Part shown: piece by piece, positions 1 through 8,207 of the stretch
How the letters are laid out: each line of letters starts with the position of its first letter
Numbering within the stretch: the first letter of the stretch is position 1
Virus genome (UHGV): UHGV-0072281
DNA length: 64,000 nt
Source: a virus
Strand: one strand, 5' to 3'
The notes under the pieces: generated by a model
Seen by the model: the letters and a program-made list of their open reading frames with translations, nothing else
Database searches by the model: none
What the model was told of the DNA's origin: nothing
Made by a program: the position numbers and the translations under genes

Positions 1-44
1 TTAAGAAATACGTAGCTACGGTTAATTAATTTAAGGAGTCTGTC

Positions 45-455
45 ATGAAAACGTTTATCAAAACTTTACTCGTTGCTGTAACTGTTCTGTTCTCTCTTAA
101 CGTAGCAGCAAAAACAGTAAAACTACCGGCGGGTATCAAATACGTCAACAGTACCGATGAATTCTACTGCACAGAAATTGACGGTCTGTATTGCCAGACA
201 AAGAATTTGTTTGAATACAAAGGTAACAGATATGTTTTCGTTGTTGAGCAAGGCGGTGCCTGGTGCTACGACAGCCCTATGTCGGTACTCAACCTGGAAA
301 CTGGGAAAGCACAGAAAATTGAATACAAAGACAACCAATTGTGTTCAGGCGAAAACAAACCGTTCTTCAAAATCAAAAATGGTGTCCCGACTGTAGGTAT
401 TATCGACACTTCTGGAGCACCAATCGTTGTAGCTCAGGACAAACTTAAAATCTAA
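45..455 (+). CDS. small secreted protein (N-terminal signal peptide, 4 Cys), function unknown
   Basis: ORF with AAGGAG RBS upstream; N-terminus MKTFIKTLLVAVTVLFSLNVAA is signal-peptide-like. Confidence 0.5.
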   Translation: MKTFIKTLLVAVTVLFSLNVAAKTVKLPAGIKYVNSTDEFYCTEIDGLYCQTKNLFEYKGNRYVFVVEQGGAWCYDSPMSVLNLETGKAQKIEYKDNQLCSGENKPFFKIKNGVPTVGIIDTSGAPIVVAQDKLKI

Positions 456-465
456 GGAGTAAACC

Positions 466-855
466 ATGCGTCTTATCTGCGCTTTGTTGGCGTTTTTCTC
501 AATCGGAGTTATGGCTTCTACACACATCGACGATTTATTACTTACCCCGGCAACGAACACAGACTATCACTACAACCCACCGGGTTTTGAAGTCTGCGAA
601 GGCGATGCAGGCGAATGCCAAGAAGTTGGCGCAGATGGACGCTATATACTCGTAAAAGCAGACGGAGGAACAACCTGCCCTGCGGGTTATTATTTCGTAC
701 TTGACTCTGTAGCAAAAGAGGTACTTCCTGTAACGACCAAAACGTGTGACCCCACGGTTGTATTAACCCTTGCGAAAAGCAAATCACGTGACCGTCATCT
801 TATCGTCATCGAAGAACGCGGTGAGATGTTAGGCGCTATCGAATTAGATTACTGA
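466..855 (+). CDS. small secreted protein, function unknown
   Basis: RBS TAAGGAG; hydrophobic N-terminus MRLICALLAFFSIGVMAS; terminator hairpin follows. Confidence 0.5.
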   Translation: MRLICALLAFFSIGVMASTHIDDLLLTPATNTDYHYNPPGFEVCEGDAGECQEVGADGRYILVKADGGTTCPAGYYFVLDSVAKEVLPVTTKTCDPTVVLTLAKSKSRDRHLIVIEERGEMLGAIELDY

Positions 856-866
856 TGTGTAGTCTT

Positions 867-905
867 GACCCCGGTTCGTGCCGATTCGTCCGGGGTCCTT
901 TTTAC
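867..905 (+). terminator. rho-independent terminator (gaccccgg...ccggggtc + T-run)
   Basis: inverted repeat followed by CTTTTTA, read from sequence. Confidence 0.5.
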
Positions 906-933
906 GACTTGTTTTACCTAAAGGAGAATTAAA

Positions 934-1410
934 ATGCGTTTGTCTAATGTTTATCAAGCAGCCCAATTCCATCATGAACTGACGGCTAAGCCTGAGTATA
1001 TTCGCCACAACTTAACGGTGGCTTGGAAACTGTTATTGATTGCTGATGCTGCACGACACAACGACCAGGAAACCATTATCAAAACCGTGCGTACTTTACG
1101 CCCTATTGACCTGGAAACAATTTGGTCGTTTGACTTAACTCGAATTTATCATCGTCGCTTTAATGCGGCGGTGGATGCGATACGTCCTTATTTCCACTAT
1201 TTGCAAGCAACATCAGACTGTGGTCCATCCTTAGAGTGGGTCTTGGTACAAAGCGTATGGAGCGATTACATTTATCTCCTATCTTTAGAGACGGGTGAAT
1301 GCATTATCGCTAACGAGGTATTCTCAACCAACGCCGAAATGTATCGTTCCCACGCTACTATCCAGGGTGTCTCACAGCCTATCTTATCACTCACGCACTT
1401 AGGGCTGTGA
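934..1410 (+). CDS. hypothetical protein
   Basis: 158-aa ORF with RBS AAAGGAG; followed by terminator. Confidence 0.5.
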   Translation: MRLSNVYQAAQFHHELTAKPEYIRHNLTVAWKLLLIADAARHNDQETIIKTVRTLRPIDLETIWSFDLTRIYHRRFNAAVDAIRPYFHYLQATSDCGPSLEWVLVQSVWSDYIYLLSLETGECIIANEVFSTNAEMYRSHATIQGVSQPILSLTHLGL

Positions 1411-1418
1411 TTAGCCCG

Positions 1419-1446
1419 GCCCCGCTGTGTACGGGGCTTCTTTTTT
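1419..1446 (+). terminator. rho-independent terminator (gccccg-loop-cggggc + TTCTTTTTT)
   Basis: GC stem plus U-tract read directly. Confidence 0.6.
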
Positions 1447-1464
1447 GCCAAAGGAAACTGAAAC

Positions 1465-2073
1465 ATGAACGAAATTACTTTGGTTCGTTTTATCGAAGCG
1501 ATGCGACTAAACGAAGCTAATCCTCACTCTCCGTTATTCATCGATTTAATGGAGGAAGAAGTCGAAGGGTTCTTAGCGTACCCGCGTTTGAAAGCGTATT
1601 TCGAACGTAAAACACCAACCGCTTACGAGAAGTTGATGTACGCGTTAGACAACCGTACTACGCTGAACACCACACCGTTTAAAGCGCTGGAAGCAATAGA
1701 CCCTACCGGGGGTGCAGGTATCCCACAACGTGTTGTGTTCTACTACATCGACAACGGCCGTATTAAAGCCGACGTTGTAAACTGGATCTCCGAAGGGGAA
1801 ATCCCAGAAACGCGTACTTTTAACCTCTGTCCGGTAGAAGAAGGTTGGGTCGCAGGAACGCATTATTCCTATCCGTATCAAAGCATCAAATCACCTTATC
1901 TGTATCCGGTGTATTTAGATGACGTTACGCCAGGAAAATGTATTCCCGTTACCAATCTGATTTGCTTACTGACGATGGAAGTTGTTGCGTCAGACGCAGG
2001 CCAGGCTTGGGTTGAGCAATCGAAAAATATCCAAAACTGGCAGCAGATGGGTTACAAACTCTACCAGCCGTAA
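1465..2073 (+). CDS. hypothetical protein
   Basis: 202-aa ORF; no recognisable motifs (no Mre11 phosphoesterase motifs). Confidence 0.5.
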   Translation: MNEITLVRFIEAMRLNEANPHSPLFIDLMEEEVEGFLAYPRLKAYFERKTPTAYEKLMYALDNRTTLNTTPFKALEAIDPTGGAGIPQRVVFYYIDNGRIKADVVNWISEGEIPETRTFNLCPVEEGWVAGTHYSYPYQSIKSPYLYPVYLDDVTPGKCIPVTNLICLLTMEVVASDAGQAWVEQSKNIQNWQQMGYKLYQP

Positions 2074-2079
2074 TACCAC

Positions 2080-2121
2080 GAGAGAACCTTCGGGTTCTCT
2101 CCCTTCTCTTTTATTTTTTTT
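2080..2121 (+). terminator. rho-independent terminator (gagagaacc ttcg ggttctctc + long T-run)
   Basis: perfect 9-bp stem, tetraloop, poly-T. Confidence 0.65.
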
Positions 2122-2146
2122 TCTTTTTACACCACGCTCCGTGAAT

Positions 2147-4663
2147 ATGGAGGTGGACATGTTAAAAGTTGAACGTATTGTACTTAAAGGATTTACCGGA
2201 ATGGGGTTACACGAAATCGAAACCTTCGATTTTACTATCCATTCCCCGACCACCATTATCCTCGGTGGTAACGGCTGCGGTAAGACCAGTTTACTGTCCG
2301 TGTTTCTACCTATCGCACCTTCGAAATCCGAATTCCGTGACGGGGGTTCTTACACCAACATCTGTTTGGTTAACGACCATCGTTACAAGTTTAAGGTTGC
2401 GCGTAAAGGCAACTCACTGGTTTGCGATATCGAGAACCTGACGACGGGTACCAAAATCGTCGAACAAGGTAATGCGAAAGTGTATAACTCTCGTGTAGAA
2501 GAAATCACGGGTATTACAAAAGAGATTAAAGAGTTACTGAACGGAGAAGTGCTTTTAACGGATGCAGGAACGGAACTGCGTCGTAAGTGGTTCTACCGTT
2601 TAAGTACGTCAGACTTAACTTACGCGTTAGGTTTTTATCAACGTTTACGAAAAAACCTGACGATGTTAAACGGCGGTGTTGAAATCACCAGCCGCAAGAT
2701 TGCAGAGTTGCGCACTCGCGTGATTGATAACGAGGAAGAACGTCAGCAGTTAGCAACACGGTTAAAAGCATTAGAAGTAGATTTACGTGAACTCAACAAA
2801 CAGATTGAACAACTGCCGGGTCTGAATCGTGACGTTACGGCGGCAACGATTCAATCGCTATTGCTTAAAATCGAAGCACCGATTAATGCTATCTTGGAAC
2901 ACCGTGGCGGATTACCTACGGAAGAACAGGTAGAGGAAGCACGACGCGTTGAAGCCACTGCCCGTGAAGCGGTGGTCTCTGCTGAAACAGAACTGTCCAT
3001 GCTAAACAAAGATTTGTCTTTGTTGATGGACGAGTCTACCCGCCAAGATTACCTGATGCGGAATCACGAGGGGTTAAAGAACACGGTTGCAAAACTGCGT
3101 GAGTTATTAAAGCAGTGGGACACCGAACATCTTTTCCCTGAACTGTTTGCGGAGACCGTTAATATCGACCAGCTTAAAGCAGCGACAGATGCGCGTGTCT
3201 GGGGACAACGTTTAGGAACAACGCTGGATGCTATTAAATCAACGGAACGGTTGAACGTACTGGAAGAGAAACTGTTGACCTTAGACCAAAACTCATCTGG
3301 GTTGCGTGACCGACTACAACGCGTTGAAAACGTATTGCAGAACCTCAACCACGAACGGAATCACTATTTGGAAACCGCCGAGGTTGATTGTCCGCAGTGT
3401 CAATTTAAATTCCGTCCGGGTGTGCGTCGTTCTTTGCCTGAATTGGAAGAAGCCATTCGTGGACAAATGGAGCAACGTAATACGTTACAGACTCAGCTTG
3501 ATTCCGTATTGCGAGACCGTACGGAATTAGAGTCGGACGTTAACTACATGCGTCAAGTACGAGAAATCGTTTTAACGTACTCGAAAGACCCGGTATTGAG
3601 TTTGTTCTTTAAACGTCTCCAGGAGCGGAATGTCTTTACGGATAACCGCAGTCAATTCGGCAGTCTGTGCGCGGAGTTTGATCATGAACTTTATTCCGCA
3701 ATTGAATACCACGAAACGAAACACCGTTTTGCTAAAGCGGAAAAAGAGTGGGCAAACGCAGTTGCAGCGGTAGGTAACGTTGATGGCGCTCTACAGCAGA
3801 AAATTGCCTTCCAGCAGGAGCGTTTGGGTAAGGCGACAGAAACGCTCTCAGAGCGCCGTAGAGAGCACGCAGTTGCTAATGATACCTTTTGTTATCTAAA
3901 CGAACTTAAAGCCACTGTAGACAATTTTAATGCGGTTTTTGAGCGTTTAGAGAACGATGTTAAGGTAACATTAACCAACACAGTGGTCGAAACGTTATTA
4001 AACGCCCGAGAAAACAAGTTGGATGCGTTCACCACAGCACGGGAACGGTACCGTCAGATGGAAAACGAACTCAACCAACTTACTGCGTTAGAAAAGGAGT
4101 TATCGGATTTACAAGCGCAGCAATTCAATAACAAACTGATGATTCAAGCGTTCTCGCCCGAGAAAGGGGTATTACGCAAATACTTCTACAACGCTATCGT
4201 GAGAATCACAGAATTAATGACGCGGTATATCGAACAAGTCTGGACCTACCCTATGCGGGTCATGCCGTGTGACTTAACCGACGGTGACTTAGACTACACG
4301 TTCCCAGTGCAGTTAAAAACCCATCCTGAACCGGTACCTGACGTGCGGAAAGGGTCGAAAGCGCAGCGGGCCATCTTTAATTTGATGTTTCGTTTAACCG
4401 CTTACAAAGCCCTGAAACTTCATCAGTATCCGCTACTGTTGGATGAACCGTCAGAAGGGATGGATGAGGAACACCGAAATAACCTCGTCGGGTTTATTAA
4501 AACCCTGGCGAATTCCGGTGAGTTCTCTCAGTTACTGGTGGTATCTCACGAAGCAGAAATTCATTCAAAACTTAACGAAGCCGCATACTGTGTTATTGAA
4601 CCTGAAGGTATAACACTGCCTGCGGTATACAACGAGGGAGTAAAAATTGTCTACGCAAACTGA
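2147..4663 (+). CDS. Rad50/SbcC-like SMC-family recombination ATPase (T4 gp46-like)
   Basis: Walker A GGNGCGKTSLL near N-terminus; long coiled-coil-like middle with CPQC zinc-hook motif (~3389-3400); C-terminal Walker B/D-loop LLLDEPSEGMD. ORF track start 1982 rejected: it overlaps the upstream terminator; in-frame ATG at 2147 or 2159 preferred. Confidence 0.75.
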   Translation: MEVDMLKVERIVLKGFTGMGLHEIETFDFTIHSPTTIILGGNGCGKTSLLSVFLPIAPSKSEFRDGGSYTNICLVNDHRYKFKVARKGNSLVCDIENLTTGTKIVEQGNAKVYNSRVEEITGITKEIKELLNGEVLLTDAGTELRRKWFYRLSTSDLTYALGFYQRLRKNLTMLNGGVEITSRKIAELRTRVIDNEEERQQLATRLKALEVDLRELNKQIEQLPGLNRDVTAATIQSLLLKIEAPINAILEHRGGLPTEEQVEEARRVEATAREAVVSAETELSMLNKDLSLLMDESTRQDYLMRNHEGLKNTVAKLRELLKQWDTEHLFPELFAETVNIDQLKAATDARVWGQRLGTTLDAIKSTERLNVLEEKLLTLDQNSSGLRDRLQRVENVLQNLNHERNHYLETAEVDCPQCQFKFRPGVRRSLPELEEAIRGQMEQRNTLQTQLDSVLRDRTELESDVNYMRQVREIVLTYSKDPVLSLFFKRLQERNVFTDNRSQFGSLCAEFDHELYSAIEYHETKHRFAKAEKEWANAVAAVGNVDGALQQKIAFQQERLGKATETLSERRREHAVANDTFCYLNELKATVDNFNAVFERLENDVKVTLTNTVVETLLNARENKLDAFTTARERYRQMENELNQLTALEKELSDLQAQQFNNKLMIQAFSPEKGVLRKYFYNAIVRITELMTRYIEQVWTYPMRVMPCDLTDGDLDYTFPVQLKTHPEPVPDVRKGSKAQRAIFNLMFRLTAYKALKLHQYPLLLDEPSEGMDEEHRNNLVGFIKTLANSGEFSQLLVVSHEAEIHSKLNEAAYCVIEPEGITLPAVYNEGVKIVYAN

Positions 4664-4847
4664 TTGGTGGCGTCAGTTACTAAGCGTTTTAGGCTTTAGC
4701 GTCATGGTGCTGGTTGCCATTCTGTACGTGCTATTTTGTATAACGGCGATTTTATGGGTGGTCTTAGCGTACGCGATTAGGCTCACCTGGGGTTCAATTT
4801 GGCACCAACGCGAATGTGAGTGGCGGTGTGTTGGAGGGAAGTCATGA
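4647..4847 (+). CDS. small membrane protein (66 aa, TTG start)
   Basis: hydrophobic core VLGFSVMVLVAILYVLFCITAILWVVLAYAI; GAGGGAG RBS; overlaps end of upstream gene. Confidence 0.35.
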   Translation: MSTQTDWWRQLLSVLGFSVMVLVAILYVLFCITAILWVVLAYAIRLTWGSIWHQRECEWRCVGGKS

Positions 4848-4954
4848 TTGAGGGTATTCTGTTAACACTTGGGTCGTTGTGGATTATTGGGAAATCCCTC
4901 AACTGGCTGATTAAAAAGCACGGATGGGCTTTCAAAGGCTCTACGTACAGTTAA
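4844..4954 (+). CDS. tiny membrane peptide (36 aa)
   Basis: hand-translated MIEGILLTLGSLWIIGKSLNWLIKKHGWAFKGSTYS; GGAGGG RBS 5 nt upstream; not in ORF track (too short). Confidence 0.25.
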   Translation: MIEGILLTLGSLWIIGKSLNWLIKKHGWAFKGSTYS

Positions 4955-4960
4955 GTTAGA

Positions 4961-4993
4961 ACCCCCTCCTGGGTAACTGGGAGGGTGTTTTAC
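4961..4993 (+). terminator. hairpin terminator (ccctcc...ggaggg + TTTTAC)
   Basis: inverted repeat read from sequence. Confidence 0.4.
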
Positions 4994-5005
4994 GAGGGAA
5001 GAACT

Positions 5006-5134
5006 ATGACTGTTGTCAATACTACCAATGCTGCAATCGGCGCTTTATATAACGCGGAACTAACATGGGGTGCGGGTTTTATTACCGTACTGCTTCTCGC
5101 CGCAGCCGCTTTTATCATTGGACGTTGGTTTTAA
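5006..5134 (+). CDS. tiny membrane peptide (42 aa)
   Basis: hand-translated MTVVNTTNAAIGALYNAELTWGAGFITVLLLAAAAFIIGRWF; GAGGGAA RBS. Confidence 0.25.
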   Translation: MTVVNTTNAAIGALYNAELTWGAGFITVLLLAAAAFIIGRWF

Positions 5135-5166
5135 TTTCATCTTTTTGCGTCTGTAAGGTCTGATAA

Positions 5167-5610
5167 ATGGAAATTTATTTGTTGAACGCACATTCTAAAA
5201 TCGGTGAGCAGCAAGCGAAAGATTTACTCGCACTCCATTACCGTTACTTAGATCACCAAGCAACGATGCTGAAAATCAAAACCGCTGTACCGAAATTAAA
5301 CGTGCGTCAACTGATCGAAGGCAACTGTGTTGTTCTGATTTATATCGACGATGTTGCGGTGGGTTATTGCAGTTACCGTAATCGCAACGGGGTACTCAAA
5401 ATTCGTTCGTTATACGTGCTGCCCGATTACCGTCAGCGTGGGGTAATGAAAGAAATCTTCAAAGCGATAGCCACTGATGAAACATTCGGTGAAATTGCAA
5501 TTGGGATGTACACGAAGTGCAAAGAAGCGAAAGAGTATTTCATTCGTCGTGGCTACAAAGCAACCTATTCTCACGATAAAGAATGGGTGGAATTCAGTAA
5601 AACTTTCTAA
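5167..5610 (+). CDS. GNAT-family N-acetyltransferase (putative)
   Basis: motif-A-like YVLPDYRQRGVMKEIF after a beta-strand-like VGYCSY segment; size 147 aa typical for GNAT. Confidence 0.5.
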   Translation: MEIYLLNAHSKIGEQQAKDLLALHYRYLDHQATMLKIKTAVPKLNVRQLIEGNCVVLIYIDDVAVGYCSYRNRNGVLKIRSLYVLPDYRQRGVMKEIFKAIATDETFGEIAIGMYTKCKEAKEYFIRRGYKATYSHDKEWVEFSKTF

Positions 5611-5676
5611 AACAATAAAGGCTCTCTTGACGTTCCTCACTATGAGTGTGAGAATTTTACGTCAGGAGAGCTACTT

Positions 5677-5913
5677 ATGTTAAACAGTTTCGGTGTAGGT
5701 GGAATGGATACAAGCATTTGCTGGAAAGAATACGAACGTGCAAATGCATTTCTCCAGCATCCCAACGTGGGTAAGATCGGTCAGGTGTGTTTTGGTAAAC
5801 CTGCACTGACAGCCTGTATTCAAGGTGCGTTAGGAACGCTGCCACCTGAATCACCTTTCGAGCCTAAGGAGAATCCAGATGTTACCAGGAACCCAAACCC
5901 CGTATCTATTTAG
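5677..5913 (+). CDS. hypothetical small protein
   Basis: 78-aa ORF; overlaps next ORF. Confidence 0.3.
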   Translation: MLNSFGVGGMDTSICWKEYERANAFLQHPNVGKIGQVCFGKPALTACIQGALGTLPPESPFEPKENPDVTRNPNPVSI

Positions 5914-6253
5914 TGAACCACTGGATAACAGCGACATCTTACAAATCTGTTATCAGTGTCACGAAATCGGTGGTAGTGAACTTACGCGGGTTAATAAACT
6001 GCTGTGGCTGATTCCAGAAATCGAATTACCGTTCGTTAAACCGAGTTTGTGGCGTCGTGGTGCGTGTCGCGAAGCGTATATGCTGTCAAAGTTTAACATT
6101 AATCTGGAGAAGGTCTGGGAGAAGATGAACGACGGCCAAACCAGAGAACAGATTACTCACACGCTGGAATTGCACCTTGCCATGAAACGCCTCGGTCTCG
6201 AACACGAAGGACTGGAGTCCGTTATCAGTCAATGGGTGAAAAGGAATCGTTAA
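5879..6253 (+). CDS. hypothetical protein
   Basis: 124-aa ORF, start uncertain. Confidence 0.4.
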   Translation: MLPGTQTPYLFSEPLDNSDILQICYQCHEIGGSELTRVNKLLWLIPEIELPFVKPSLWRRGACREAYMLSKFNINLEKVWEKMNDGQTREQITHTLELHLAMKRLGLEHEGLESVISQWVKRNR

Positions 6254-6326
6254 TGTCTAAAACGTATATAGCGATTTTGGTTGAGTTGGCGATTGGTGGA
6301 ACGCGGTTTATCCCTGTGCATCAATT

Positions 6327-6851
6327 ATGCTTACCTCACTCGGTAAGACCGTTATGCTAACGATACTTCCAGAATCGGTTATTGACAACGACCTGTTTAA
6401 CGCCCCTGAGCGCTTCAAGGTCGTTACGATAAATTGTGTAGGGGCAATGGGTCGGGGTATCGCTTTAGCGTGCAGAGAACGCTATCCTGGGCTTTATCAG
6501 GACTACCGAGAACGTTGCTTCGCTAACGAGATACGAATAGGGAATGTGTACGTTTATCCCGAGGAAAACTGCATTCTCTTACCAACTAAAACACATTGGA
6601 AACTGAAATCCCAGGTTTCTTATGTTATCGCGGGTATCACCGCGTTGGCAGATGCCGCAGAAAACTTAGAGGGTGGGGTGGCTTTACCGCCGTTAGGGAT
6701 GGCCAACGGTTGGTTGACAAAAGCTGAATGTCAACAAATCTTTTTGTTTATCGAAAAGAAACTCGTACCGAGGAGACAACAATACTGTTTCTATTTACCT
6801 GATCCGCTTTACCAAGAAGCAAAACCTTTAATTCCAAACCTTTTTAAATAG
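6327..6851 (+). CDS. macrodomain protein, TARG1/DarG-like (ADP-ribose-processing hydrolase)
   Basis: NDLFNAP...INCVGAMGRGIALA...LLPTKTHWKLK...LPPLGMANGW matches, from memory, the TARG1/DarG pattern GDLF..P...MGAGIA...ITKK..HK...MPRIGCGLD; alternative in-frame start at 6354. Confidence 0.6.
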   Translation: MLTSLGKTVMLTILPESVIDNDLFNAPERFKVVTINCVGAMGRGIALACRERYPGLYQDYRERCFANEIRIGNVYVYPEENCILLPTKTHWKLKSQVSYVIAGITALADAAENLEGGVALPPLGMANGWLTKAECQQIFLFIEKKLVPRRQQYCFYLPDPLYQEAKPLIPNLFK

Positions 6852-6858
6852 ATATTAT
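6849..6858 (+). promoter_or_regulatory. recurring motif TAGATATTAT (copy 1), candidate phage promoter element
   Basis: same 10-mer at 16321-16330 and near-identical CAGATATTAT at 25421-25430, each just upstream of a gene start. Confidence 0.2.
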
Positions 6859-6951
6859 CATTAGGGCACACAACAAAGGAGTACCAGCTGTCCGCGCCGT
6901 GATTTCGTTCTACGGAATACGGAAATGTATAAATCCAACTGGAGAACTAGT

Positions 6952-7638
6952 ATGTTTCGTATCTTCTTTCTTTTACTGGTAACACTTTTCGCGTTTAACG
7001 CATACGCATCCAAATCCGCGCCCAGTACCAAACACCATCGTGAATTCGAAATGATTCAAGACCGTTTCGAACGGGTAAAACCGTTGATTGTGGAAATCTC
7101 TCGAAAGCAGGGTGTTGATCCTAATTTGATGACCACGCTAATCTATCGAGAGTCACGGTTTAATCCGAAAGCGTATAATCGAACGTCTAAAGCGCACAGT
7201 CTGGTTCAGATGCTGCCGAGCACAAAGCGTAATTTGCTAAAACTCTACGGTGCCGAAATCGGACTTAGCCGCAATGCAGATTTGTACAATCCTCGTAATG
7301 CGGTGCTATTGGCTTCCGTCTACGTTAAACATTTAGAAAAGGGGTTAACTAAACGACTCAAACGCAAGCCCACTATTGCAGAAATAGCATTGGCTTATCA
7401 CTGGGGTGAAAGCGGTGCACACGCCAGGATTAAAAGCAAGTCTCGGGCAGCACAACGAGAAATGGCGAGCTTTATGAAAGATGCAACGTTCTACAGTGCA
7501 AAAATCAACAAGCCTGTAGCATCTCGTCAGCTTGCGTTTGCGAAGAAACCAGAACGCCAGATTCAGTTAGCAGAAGTTAACCGAATTTGGGATACGATAA
7601 ACACCAGTTTTCCATTTAAACAAGGAGTCACCCTTTGA
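6952..7638 (+). CDS. secreted soluble lytic transglycosylase (SLT-domain, endolysin-like)
   Basis: signal-peptide-like MFRIFFLLLVTLFAFNAYAS; SLT-like motifs ESRFNPKA...SKAHSLVQMLPST; start moved to 6952 (GGAG RBS) instead of 6925. Confidence 0.55.
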   Translation: MFRIFFLLLVTLFAFNAYASKSAPSTKHHREFEMIQDRFERVKPLIVEISRKQGVDPNLMTTLIYRESRFNPKAYNRTSKAHSLVQMLPSTKRNLLKLYGAEIGLSRNADLYNPRNAVLLASVYVKHLEKGLTKRLKRKPTIAEIALAYHWGESGAHARIKSKSRAAQREMASFMKDATFYSAKINKPVASRQLAFAKKPERQIQLAEVNRIWDTINTSFPFKQGVTL

Positions 7639-8144
7639 GCATCGTTGTAACCGATTGGTATAAAGGTATCACTAAGGCTACCCAAATTACTGCCCAGGAC
7701 GTGTACAGTATCGTTCGTAGCAGTAGCGAAGACCAGATAAAGTCCGACGAAGACTTTGCAACGCGTCATGAGTTTTACGATGCCCTTAAAACGGCTTTCG
7801 GTGATGACGAAGAAGAAGGCTTAGAGTTTGACTGGAACGTCAACCTTGCCTTGTTGTGGATTTGCGGATTACGTCCGAGTGTGAAAGACACGGAGCAAGG
7901 GAAAGTTCTGTTGTGGCACTACACCGGTAAATACAATCCGAACCAGGTCTTTAAAGAAGCGTATATGGAAGCCACTGTAGAGTTACAGAATCTGCTGTTG
8001 GGTGAGAACACCTACTGTCAACGCAGCTTCCTGACGATTCTGGAGAAACTGGCGTCTACACACAAAATCTGGCGTCAGGCAGATGCCCCTGAACACATCT
8101 TCGTTCTGGAATTTGCTGTGATTCCAAACCAGCCGTTCTTTTAA
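7635..8144 (+). CDS. hypothetical protein
   Basis: 169-aa ORF overlapping upstream stop by 4 nt (coupled). Confidence 0.5.
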   Translation: MSIVVTDWYKGITKATQITAQDVYSIVRSSSEDQIKSDEDFATRHEFYDALKTAFGDDEEEGLEFDWNVNLALLWICGLRPSVKDTEQGKVLLWHYTGKYNPNQVFKEAYMEATVELQNLLLGENTYCQRSFLTILEKLASTHKIWRQADAPEHIFVLEFAVIPNQPFF

Positions 8145-8150
8145 TACTTG

Positions 8151-8188
8151 CCCCTAATCCGATTGGATTAGGGGTACTTTTATTTATT
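8151..8188 (+). terminator. rho-independent terminator (cccctaatcc gatt ggattagggg + T-rich)
   Basis: perfect 10-bp stem. Confidence 0.6.
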
Positions 8189-8207
8189 CCCCTAAAGGAG
8201 AAAAGGT

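Noticed and set aside
1982-2146. Extended N-terminus of the Rad50-like ORF given by the ORF track
   Set aside because: The extension would read through the upstream terminator hairpin and T-run; in-frame ATGs at 2147 and 2159 place Walker A at the expected distance from the start.
5626-5660. Possible sigma-70 promoter TTGACG-N17-GAGAAT upstream of 5677
   Set aside because: The -10 hexamer is poor and the phage appears to encode its own RNAP; kept only as a weak possibility.
6254-6326. 73-bp intergenic segment checked as a possible tRNA
   Set aside because: No T-loop (GTTCGA-like) or acceptor-stem complementarity; no tRNA-like structure found here or in the other gaps longer than 70 bp.
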